From the NCBI GenBank assembly GCA_043228905.1, contig JBHGNT010000005.1, forward strand, positions 7,006,001 to 7,070,000: a DNA stretch of 64,000 nucleotides, in the 5' to 3' direction. The notes under the pieces are model-generated. The model saw only the letters and a program-made list of their open reading frames with translations, had not been told where the DNA came from and did no database searches. Both the position numbers and the translations under genes were made by a program. The DNA comes from Azolla caroliniana. Lineage: Eukaryota; Plantae; Polypodiophyta. Shown piece after piece: positions 13,661 through 23,617 of this stretch; positions within the stretch are counted from its first letter, which is position 1; each line of letters opens with the position of its first letter.

Positions 13661-14652
13661 CCCTAGGGTTTCATATCTTAGGGCATGTTTGATTCCATAC
13701 ACCTAATTGTTGATTATTCTAATTAAATTTTAATTTCATAAGTATTGTTTCACTTATATGATTTTCTAGTAATTATTATTTACCCGCCCACAATTAACTC
13801 TCCTTTTTCCACTTCCTTTTCATGTATAAAGTATTTACATCGTTTATTTTTAATGTAACCTTTACGTGTAGACTATTTTTTCGTATGGAGTGGCTTGTTG
13901 AACGATTTTTTTTTTCAACGGGTCATCTAGGTTTAACTCTTATCATCAAGCCTTAGAAAACGAGTAAAACCATATGAGTTCCCTTATTGATGTGTTACTC
14001 ATGGATTTGAGTATTACATCTTTGCGCACAACACCGTCATCACTTGTATCAATTTGTGGCTTATGTCACAATTGTGCAAGTTATAACAATCATATTGGGA
14101 TGTATATGTGCATACCTTGCACTTCCCATTTATTTGTGACATTGTTTTTATCGTAGGTAACACATGGGTTCTTTTTTTTTTTTTACCCTTGTTTTCGTCA
14201 CTACTTAACTCTTATGAGTAGTGCCTTATTTTATCATTTTATCATCACGTTTGCTTATTGCTCGCAAGACTAGAATATTACTTGTGAGTGCACTTGTTTT
14301 TTCACGTAATACACTTTCTCGACCATATAATACATGATGGGTTGGCATTAATATAAGGCTATCTAGGAAATTTCATTGATGTAAGAACCATGGTTGAGCC
14401 TCGGGGAGCCGCCATGATTACTCAAGATAGAGATCCGAGAAATACATCTTAGCTATGTTTTCCCCCATGGTTTTTAAAACACCATAGTGTTACCATAGTT
14501 ATCGGATCTCGAATCACATCTCATATGTCTAGAGGGGTAAAGACATGAGATACTTTCTTGGATAAAGTTCTTTCAATCAAAATTTCAAGAATTCATTTTG
14601 CTTGTGTATTTTCTGAACCTCCTTATTTTATTGCATACCCACAGCGTGCATC

Positions 14653-17600
14653 ATGGAACAAGTTTTGAACGCAGTTGGAACGATCTCTCCAAATGAGACC
14701 TCTCAACCCCAATCCGCATCTCGCACACAAGCTGAGATCACTATTGAGCAATTGCTCACTACTACCTTGAATCAATTGGCCGAAATGAGACAGGCCAATA
14801 TGGCATTGGAAAAGAAATTCCAAGAATTAACTATTGAGTCCAAGAAAGAAGGTGAACCTTCCTTCGTAGTCACGCCTTTCAAGGGAGATAAGAAAGAAAG
14901 AACCGAGGAGGCCATTAGCACTTGGCTTGGTCGTTGGGAGTCTCACTTTGAGCTTCATCCCAAGCCCGATGCAGTAAAAATTGGTTATGTCGGTCGTGAG
15001 TTAGGTGGCCGAGCTGCTGCTTGGTGGCGTGGCCTAAGGACCGCAAAAAACTTACCCACAACTTGGGAAGGTTTCGTTGATGTTTTTAAGAAACAATTCT
15101 TGCAGCCACCTTCTCAAACCGAACAAGCGCAACACTTGCTCACATTGTCTAGTAAGCCATTTACCTCTCTCGAGGATTGTGTGCATCACGCTCGGACCCA
15201 GATCCAAAAATCGGGACTTACGGGTGAGAAATGGTTTGTCGCTTGTTTTTTGAATGGTATTCCCAATGGGGATTATCATTGGATTGTCCATGACAAGGAC
15301 CCCACAACTTTCGAGGAAGCCGTCAACATTGTGCTGCGATACCATAGGACTTCCAAGAAAGACCACAATAAACCTGAGTTCGCCAAAACTCCGAATGTCA
15401 AGTTCATTGGGAAACGTAAGCAATCCAGTGACACTCTTGACCGCGACTCAAAGAAACCGAACCTCTTCTGTGCATATTGCAAGAAGCGGGGCCACACAAA
15501 GGATACCTGTCGTCGTCTTGAGAGGAAGTCAATGAACACCCCTCCTCAAGACAAATCTACGAGTCACACAGGTGAGTCTTTTGATATTGTTGAAGTTCAT
15601 ACCAATCACTTAAGTTTATGTGAATGCACTTTTCCTTCACATTTACTTGGACCTAATGATTTACTCCGAGCAGTCGGATATATCAATGGAACACAAGCAC
15701 ATTTCTTGTTTGATTCCGGTAGTTCTCACAATTTTCTTAATGATCACTTTGTGCAGCAAATGGAGCTCCACATAAACGCAAGTGATCATATCTATCAAGT
15801 TCACATGGCAAATGGAAACGTTCAATACATCAGTGGTATTGTTTGTCAACTACCAATTCAAATAGATACTTATTTGGAGAAGCTTGACTTTCATGTTATG
15901 AAATTACAATCCGCAGATGCCATTTTAGGATATCCTTGGTTTTTTAATAAAAACCCTTCTTTGTCCATTGATTGGGTTAATCACTCAATCACATTTGAAC
16001 TTAATAATTGTAAACATTTTATTCAATGTTCCAAACTTCCTTCTCATTCACTTGTGTCTTCTAAATCTTTAAGTGAGTATTCTAGTTCATTAATTTATTC
16101 GTGTGTAATTGATCCTGCGGTTCAATTTTATTATTTTAATATTGACGCCACACAATTACCACATTTTGAGCAACGATTACTCGACTCTATTTTAGAGGAT
16201 TTTCAAGATGTGTTTCCTACTGAATTACCGCTTACTTTACCACCTAAACGTAATGTGGACCATCAAATTGAACTCATCCCTGGGGCTGCTCCTGTGAGCA
16301 TTCCACCTTACCGACTTAGTCGATTAGAAGAGGATGAGATCGCTAAACAACTTAAGGAATACTTGAGTATGGGCCACATTAGGTATAGTAAATCACCTTG
16401 GGGTGCGCCAGTTCTATTAGTCAAGAAGAAGGAAGGTTCGTGGCGAATGTGTATCAATTATCACCGTTTGAATAAAATGACAATTAAGAATGCATATCCA
16501 TTACCTCGTGCCGATGATTTGATTGATCGTTTGCACGGGGCTCGATATTTTACGAAAATTGACTTACGAACTGGTTATCATCAGATTCGCATCGCCGAGG
16601 ATGATATTCCTAAAACCGCTTTTCGTACGCGCTATGGCCATTATGAGTTTTTAGTCATGCCATTTGGGTTGACTAATGCTCTAGCCACATTCCAACAAGC
16701 GATGAATGATGTTTTCCGAGATCAACTCGGTGATTTTGTTGTCGTCTTCTTGGATGATATTTTGATATATAGCCGTACCTTGCAAGATCATGTTCAACAT
16801 GTTCGATTTGTTTTGCGAAAGTTGCGTGACAACTCTTTCTATGCAAAACATTCAAAATGTGACTTCTTCCAAAAATCTATTGTGTACCTAGGTCATTTAA
16901 TTACAGAAAATGGCGTTGAAATTGAACCTTCTCGTATTGAAAAGGTTAAACTTTGGCCCATTCCTCGTAATATTCGTGAACTTAGATCATTCTTAGGGTT
17001 TGTTGGATTTTTACGAAAATCAATTCGTAACTATTCCAAATTGACTACGCCATTAACTGACCTTTTAAAAGGTCATCCACGTAAGTCTGTCAAACCAATT
17101 TCATGGAATGAACAACTTGACAAATCATTTGAGACACTCAAGGAGCATGTGTGTCAGGCTCCCACTCTTCTATTACCAGACCCTTCTAAGCCTTTCTCAA
17201 TTGAAACCGATGCTAGTGATTATGCTATTGGTGTCGTTCTTTATCAAGGTGGTCACCCTATTGCTTTTGAAAGTAAGAAGCTTGATGCTGCTCAATCTCG
17301 GTATTCGGTTCAAGAGAAAGAGTTGTTTGCGGTGATACACGCACTTAAAACATGGAGGCACTATCTCTATGGAAATAAATTTGTGGTTACAACAGACCAT
17401 CAATCATTAAAGTATTTTTGTGACCAGCCCGATCTTGTTGGTCGTAAAGGCCATTGGGCTGACCTTATGCAAGATTTTGATTTTTCCATACGATATCGCA
17501 AGGGTTCTATGAACACCGTTGCTGATGCTCTTAGTCGCATTAAAGAAGTTAACATGCTTAGCTTCACGGAAATAAAATCTGATCTTTTAGATCACCTTCG

Positions 17601-19056
17601 AGGGAAATACCTTGATGACAGTTATTTCTCAAAATACTGGACGAAAGCCGAATCTGGTTTAGATGCCGATACTAGCACCCTACCCTCGAAGGCGACCTTT
17701 CACATTACAAACGGTTTGCTCTACCATAGTGGAAAGGTCTGTGTTCCAGATTTACCAAATGTTAAACAGAAATTTTTTCATGAATGTCATGATGCACCAT
17801 CTGCTGGTCATCCTGGAATACAACGCACACTCGTTCTCATCTCGTGTACTTTTTTCTGGCCTAAGATGCGCTCTGACGTGCATAAATACGTAACTCAATG
17901 CTTACAATGTCAGATTAATAAGTCGGAACGACTTAAAGCTGCTGGTCTTTTACATCCCTTAGATATTCCCAACAATAAATGGGAAAGTATCTCGATGGAT
18001 TTTATTGTTAGTTTACCTCGTACACAGAGGGGTCATGATGCCATATGGGTTGTCGTTGATAGGCTAACAAAATTAGCTAGATTTATTCCTACAAAAACCA
18101 CGGTAACCGCTCAACAGTTGGCTTATCAATTTGTTGATGAGTTATTTCGTTTTTATGGATTACCGATGGATATTGTTAGTGATCGAGATTCCAAGTTTAC
18201 TAGTGACTTTTGGACTCAGGTCTTTAAGAAACTAGAAACTACGTTGAGCATGAGTTCCGCAGATCATCCTCAGTCTGATGGACAAACTGAACGAGTTAAT
18301 CAAATTATTGAGGACATGCTTCGAGCTTATGTAGCAAAAACCCCTTCTAAGTGGGAGCAATACCTTCCTATCTTAGAATTTGCCTATAATAGCTCTAAAC
18401 ATACATCCACTGGATATAGTCCTTTTATGTTGATGTATGGTTTTCAGCCACGTGCCCCAGTTGATGTCACGATTCATCGTGATACATTAGACAGTACACG
18501 CAATTTTTTGCAAGACATGAACCAAATGTTGCATATTGCCAAAGAAAATGTCAAGACAGCTCAAGATCGTGCTCGATTTTATGCTGATCAGGATAGACGT
18601 CCTCGTGCATTTACTATTGGTCAAAAAGTTTTTTTGCGTGTCCCGACTGATTCTACGTCATTATCTATGGGCAAGTGCGCTAAGTTAGCCCCACGATATT
18701 GTGGCCCATTTGAAATCCTTAAGCGAGTTGGGTCATCTGCTTATCACCTTGCCTTACCTCGTAACGTTGGTATTCATCCTGTTTTTCACGTCAGTCGTCT
18801 AAAACCATTTTTAGGCTCTGGTGATAACACCATCACAATCCAAGATCTTGTAACATTAGAGGATTTTTCTTACAAACCTCATGTTCCTGAACGAATTCTT
18901 GATTCTTGTACTAAACGTTTACGTTCTAAAGAGATTCGGCTATTCAAGATCAAATGGATGGATAAACCTATTGATGATGCCACATGGGAACGCGAGCATT
19001 CGCTTAAGGCACAATTTCCTCACTTTATATTGCAAGAGTGCAATCTTTTGAAGTAG
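14653..19056 (+). CDS. Gag-Pol polyprotein (Gag-CCHC, PR, RT, RNase H, IN, chromodomain), 1467 aa
   Basis: CAYCKKRGHTKDTC knuckle; LFDSGS protease; TKIDL and FLDD RT; TDASD RNase H; HHCC plus SMDF/SDRD/QTER integrase; GPF motif; ERILD...FKIKW...ATWE chromodomain. Confidence 0.97.
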   Translation: MEQVLNAVGTISPNETSQPQSASRTQAEITIEQLLTTTLNQLAEMRQANMALEKKFQELTIESKKEGEPSFVVTPFKGDKKERTEEAISTWLGRWESHFELHPKPDAVKIGYVGRELGGRAAAWWRGLRTAKNLPTTWEGFVDVFKKQFLQPPSQTEQAQHLLTLSSKPFTSLEDCVHHARTQIQKSGLTGEKWFVACFLNGIPNGDYHWIVHDKDPTTFEEAVNIVLRYHRTSKKDHNKPEFAKTPNVKFIGKRKQSSDTLDRDSKKPNLFCAYCKKRGHTKDTCRRLERKSMNTPPQDKSTSHTGESFDIVEVHTNHLSLCECTFPSHLLGPNDLLRAVGYINGTQAHFLFDSGSSHNFLNDHFVQQMELHINASDHIYQVHMANGNVQYISGIVCQLPIQIDTYLEKLDFHVMKLQSADAILGYPWFFNKNPSLSIDWVNHSITFELNNCKHFIQCSKLPSHSLVSSKSLSEYSSSLIYSCVIDPAVQFYYFNIDATQLPHFEQRLLDSILEDFQDVFPTELPLTLPPKRNVDHQIELIPGAAPVSIPPYRLSRLEEDEIAKQLKEYLSMGHIRYSKSPWGAPVLLVKKKEGSWRMCINYHRLNKMTIKNAYPLPRADDLIDRLHGARYFTKIDLRTGYHQIRIAEDDIPKTAFRTRYGHYEFLVMPFGLTNALATFQQAMNDVFRDQLGDFVVVFLDDILIYSRTLQDHVQHVRFVLRKLRDNSFYAKHSKCDFFQKSIVYLGHLITENGVEIEPSRIEKVKLWPIPRNIRELRSFLGFVGFLRKSIRNYSKLTTPLTDLLKGHPRKSVKPISWNEQLDKSFETLKEHVCQAPTLLLPDPSKPFSIETDASDYAIGVVLYQGGHPIAFESKKLDAAQSRYSVQEKELFAVIHALKTWRHYLYGNKFVVTTDHQSLKYFCDQPDLVGRKGHWADLMQDFDFSIRYRKGSMNTVADALSRIKEVNMLSFTEIKSDLLDHLRGKYLDDSYFSKYWTKAESGLDADTSTLPSKATFHITNGLLYHSGKVCVPDLPNVKQKFFHECHDAPSAGHPGIQRTLVLISCTFFWPKMRSDVHKYVTQCLQCQINKSERLKAAGLLHPLDIPNNKWESISMDFIVSLPRTQRGHDAIWVVVDRLTKLARFIPTKTTVTAQQLAYQFVDELFRFYGLPMDIVSDRDSKFTSDFWTQVFKKLETTLSMSSADHPQSDGQTERVNQIIEDMLRAYVAKTPSKWEQYLPILEFAYNSSKHTSTGYSPFMLMYGFQPRAPVDVTIHRDTLDSTRNFLQDMNQMLHIAKENVKTAQDRARFYADQDRRPRAFTIGQKVFLRVPTDSTSLSMGKCAKLAPRYCGPFEILKRVGSSAYHLALPRNVGIHPVFHVSRLKPFLGSGDNTITIQDLVTLEDFSYKPHVPERILDSCTKRLRSKEIRLFKIKWMDKPIDDATWEREHSLKAQFPHFILQECNLLK

Positions 19057-19063
19057 GGGAGTA
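19051..19063 (+). promoter_or_regulatory. Polypurine tract containing the pol stop codon
   Basis: aagtaggggagta immediately before the 3' LTR. Confidence 0.85.
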
Positions 19064-19537
19064 TGTTATGTACACATAACGTTGGTGAGGGTAGGTCACT
19101 AATATTTACATTAGTGAAGGGTATGTTCACTATTATTAAAAAGGGGACTAATGATTGGATAGAATGAATGATATGTGCATGCACTATCATGATTTAGACA
19201 ACCAATGAATAGAGAGCCTTTTAAAAAGGCACATCTATTCAAGGGGCCTAGGAAAAGGTATAAATATGAGGCTTAGCTACCCTCATAGGGATCATCACGT
19301 CGGAAGGCTGCTGTCGTAGACACCGGTGGTGCGGGCTAGGCTTTCGTCTCGACGATCGTGTTTATCTCTTCCAAGGTATTAGTCATCCTAATATCCGGCG
19401 GTATGGGACGTCGGTGGTAGGTTGGCTATGTCTAGATCATAGCTCGGGGGTGGTCGGGTGGAACGGGTTCTTCTATCCAATCTATTTTCTTCCTTTTTAC
19501 TTGATTTGGTCTATTGATTAGTAATAGACTCTTAACA
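19064..19537 (+). repeat. 3' LTR of the chromovirus
   Basis: Matches 12503-12976 and is followed by TSD TGCGA. Confidence 0.97.
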
Positions 19538-22500
19538 TGCGACATGGCTTGATCACTCCGTTGATAAGTGGACGGACTCCTTCAATGTAGATAGTTGGTG
19601 CTACGTATGCATGAGAGGCAAAATCACCAAGATTCGATTTGAGAGAGGCTTGCAGTTCGCATTCCCTAGGTTCTCGGACATTTGGATGTTGATCGCAGGC
19701 TTCACCCTGTGGTATGTATGGAAAGCGCGTTCCCTAAAGGTCTTTCAGGATCTGGTGCGGCCCTTGGAGGAAGTGATCATGGACATATGGTTTGCACTTA
19801 TCAGCTGCCTACGAGGGCAATTGGACGAGGTTTGCATCCATTCCAATGACGTGGTCACTACCCGTTTGCGCTTTTGGCAGAAATGGCGGAACACGCTTAT
19901 GGTGACACAAGGAGGAAGTGGCCCGAGGTGGAACTACCAGCCCCCAAGCTGGTTGTTTCCGACTCACTTACCACCCTCCCTTCGTTGTCGGCCCCAGGAG
20001 TTGTCTCGTACTAGCCATCACTGAAGGACACCGTTTTTAGCTATAGGTACTTACCTTAAGTAGTCACTTTGAAAGGTGATGTAACTAGTCTCATTTTCTT
20101 GAACTTGATCGGAGGGAGATTCCCCGATCTATGGATAAGCCTCCCTGTATAGTCTCTTTGTAATAATCCTTCCTAACTAATGGGAAAGTAGCTTCATTTT
20201 GGAAAAGAAGAAGAAGAAGATGGACCTATCGTGTCCCTACAGGGATTTGTATATAATAATATCGTCTATAAAAATTTTATAACTAATGGAAGGAGATTTT
20301 GTTTTGGAAAAAAAAAAGGTTTCTCACCCTAATGATCACACGTGTTAAGGTTCTCTACACGTGTATGTGAGTATTACACTCACAATTCCTAACCAATTAC
20401 AAGAAGTAGAAAGACACGAGGCAACTGAGATTGTATGCTAAGAGATTGGTTTTATTTTACTTTTATAGAATAATTTTAGCTTCTGGGAAATTATTAGCAA
20501 CATTGTTTTTCACTTGAGATGCAAATGCTACATAGGTATTATACGGCCGCAATGAACTCTAAATTGTTTTAAAAGTTTGATCCATGAGCAAATACCCATT
20601 TCATCTTTGAATGTGCAAGAATTTAACTTATTCCTATCACCCAAAGTAATTTTTGGTACTGAACTAGCCTCTCCAAAAGAAGGATGATGAGAGCATAACA
20701 AGGCAATAATGTGTCATCCTATACATTCATGTCATTGTAGATTTATTACTATGCTAATTAGAGAAAGCTTTAGAAACATATCAAATTCTTATCATGAATT
20801 AGAAATAAGACTTATGTTATTTTTAAAAGAAAAAGATAATTCCCAGTAGTTAGGTAGAGTGTCAAAATAAGACTTATATTATCTATGCTCATTATAAACC
20901 TCCATTACATTCTTAAATGAAAATAAATTGAATTTATTGTGGTTAAAGGTGACTTGGTATACTACTAGAGAACATGTGTTGATGGGATAGTGCACTACCA
21001 TTTATATGCATGACAATAAAACAATTTCAAAAAGAAGATTTCTACGGCACCTGTGAGAAATTTCAAATGTGAGGGCCCAAGAAGATCCTCATTGCCCAAT
21101 ATGCTAGGGAATTCTATGATTATGTGCTTGGATGTGGTGTGCTCATCCAAATGAATAACGAGAAAAGGGAAAGAAGCACTTCCAAGTAAGCGGAGCTCAC
21201 TGTGTATAACCGGATGGTTGGATCCGGAAGATGATAACACGATATATTGAGAAGGTCATGTGTAACAAGCCCGAAGTGTTGGTGGATGACTAGAGGAAGT
21301 TGAGGATGGATGGATAAGAAGGTCCATCAAAGAGACATGACACGAGAAATATTTAGAAGAAAGAAGATGTGATTAATAAGAGGATCCTTAACAAAATGGA
21401 AGAGACCACCTAAGAAGGTTGGGAGATAATCAAGATTGTCATTGTTATGGTCGTGATGAGCTACAAAATGATCATGAGGAAGATGATACAAGGTTGAATG
21501 AGAAAGTTGCAAACAAGAAAAGGTGAAGATTCCGGATAATTGTGATCACTATGGGTGTTGTGATCATAAGGGTACCTAGGGGTTACACTTTCACCATGGA
21601 AATGGATTGTATGATTATGAGAATTGTGATAAGGGGAGGATTGAGCGTAATGCTAAGAGTTAGCATTGTGATGAAAAAAAAATGTTGTGTGTTCACGAGA
21701 AAGTTAAGGGTAAGGATCAGGAAGAGCCCCAAGAGAATGATGTGATTAAGGTTGGTGTCAAAGATTATGAAGATATGGTTAAAGAGGTCCACATCTTTTT
21801 TATGTATCAAAAGTCCTTATGAAATTGAAGTCCTACGATAACTACATTCCCTTTTACCATACCCTTAATAATCCTTTAGAAATGGTTCCTAAATTTATGT
21901 CACTAAAAACTGTTCACATCGGAAGATCTGGCATGAAAACTACATGCATTATTATATGCTAATATTTTTATCAAGAAGAGGAAGCAATGCATAATCTTCT
22001 TCGTATTAAGGTTATTTGATATTCAAGTTTGCAAAAAGTGGGATGGAAGGAGGTGATGTTCTACCATACATTCCATGGGATTGTCTCTCCTCAAGCATGT
22101 AATGACTTATGATTTATTCCATTACGATTTACTCCCTTTCTCTCCAGCGAATGCATTCTTATGCCTTATTCGACAAGATGGTTCTATAAATTTTCACATC
22201 TATTAGATCCAATCTATGATTATAATGTGATGATTTTCCACCTCAATCTATGAAAATTAAAAGGACAAAATTAAAAGGAAGCCCCTACCCTACCCTGACC
22301 ATTTGTCTTTGAATTGATTCATGGAACCATTGATTCGCTCGAGACCATTCTAACATGTACATAATATACACATGGAAATTCCTAGAAGAAATAAGAATGC
22401 ATCAATTGTTTGTAGCTTTTCTCTGCGTGAAGATTTAATTGCTAGAGTAGTTGCCTCAAAGGTTCAGTTGGTTGTTGCCTCAAGGTATGTGTGAAAGTCT

Positions 22501-22799
22501 ACACTTTGTTGATGAACGTGCACCAATCAAAACAACATAATATCATGAAGTATGAACAGACTTTATGTGTCAACATTGATATGCATATATACCCAATAGT
22601 TTTAGTACTAATAGGGATAGGTAAATGAGCATTGTGGTGGTCATAATGTTTAATTGTAGTACAATGTCTCAATGCATGTTCGGGATCCATCTCAATAACA
22701 AATATTTTTTTTGCAATTCCTCAATATGAATTACTCCATTTAAAGCTATGATTAAATTCCCATTAATTTGATCTTTCATGATTAATCTCTCTCAATTAT

Positions 22800-23340
22800 T
22801 CTATTTTTTAAATACCCTATCGATAGTTGGCCTTGGTCGCAAAAGTGAGAACAAAAAGAGAAGAGAAGAAGAGTAGAAAAATCTCGTAGGTGTTGTGGCA
22901 CCTGAATTTGATCGGCTTCGATCAACAGCCATACGAACTTTGATTGGGCAAAAATTTTGAGCGGTTGTTCCTGCCATCAAAAAGCTCACATTCAACGGTT
23001 GGATCTTGGTTTCTTGTTCTCTAAGTCAGGTTCTAGTGTCTCTTTCTCTTCTTCTTGTTGAATCTTGTTGGATTAATATTGTTCTAGTGATATCTAGGGA
23101 GGTTGTACCCAAGCATAAACTAAGTTCTAGTGGAAGTTTTGGTACCTTAAGTGTCCCGTGGTTTTTTCTCTCGATTGTGGGTTTCCATGTAAAACTCTCG
23201 TCTATTCGTTTTCTATTTTTTTAATTATTTTGTATCGTATTGGCTATTACTTCATGTAGCGTGCCTATCAAATCTTGTCACTGTTTGTGAACAATGGTTG
23301 TTTGTTTTATTGATTCGGATTCGCACATTTCAATCAATAA
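22800..23340 (+). mobile_element. Probable copia-type LTR remnant (ends uncertain)
   Basis: gtggttttttctc...gggtttccatgtaaaa resembles the GGGTTTTCCACGT(T)AAA motif seen in the other copia-like LTRs here; TATA-like tttaaatacc. Confidence 0.4.
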
Positions 23341-23617
23341 TTCAATTCTTACACTATTGTTCCCTGAACCATTTGAACTCTTCTACCATATTCGTGGCAA
23401 TCCCTTTCCCAAAGAAAGTTGGGAAGTGCAGTCTCTGCATGTAGGCAACCCCTCGAGTCGTTAAGTCTCAAAGGTATGGTTCGGGCTTCGTTCGTTTATT
23501 GTGACCAGATAAATCCATTTGTTCGAGGATAGAGAGAAGAGAGAGAGAAACAAAGATATATGTAGTAACGTCTTCTAAGACCAAATTTGACCCATGAATG
23601 AGAGAGAGAGAGAGAAG

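Larger units (their letters stand above)
12503..19537 (+). mobile_element. Full-length Ty3/gypsy chromovirus LTR retrotransposon nested in LINE-A ORF2
   Basis: 474-bp LTRs (TG..CA), TSD TGCGA (12498-12502 / 19538-19542), tRNA-iMet PBS, PPT, intact gag-pol. Excision restores the LINE frame WSAATWLDHSV. Confidence 0.98.
6800..20220 (+). mobile_element. LINE-A, L1/Tx1-like non-LTR retrotransposon, decayed and interrupted by two LTR insertions
   Basis: ORF1 remnants 6807-8229 (DUF4283-like region, degenerate knuckle). ORF2 from ATG 8226 (MRILTWNVQG; LLQEHH; EDFN; RLDRIY; FSDH endonuclease), RT (WRPITILN, FEKAYD, SVRQGCPL, EYAED), C-terminal CPLCHSPIETLRHCLWDC. Frame resumes after 19542; 3' tail is (GAA)n. 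Confidence 0.92.

Noticed and set aside
6389-20220. One giant LTR element bounded by the 6389 and 20022 direct repeats
   Set aside because: The repeats lack TG..CA ends, PBS and TSD, and end in A-rich tails; they are LINE 3' UTRs.
20900-22700. Genes in the short ORFs of this region
   Set aside because: Stop-riddled and probably ancient retroelement/CACTA debris (ttttctc.gcgtgaagattta recurs at ~55448); too degraded to call.
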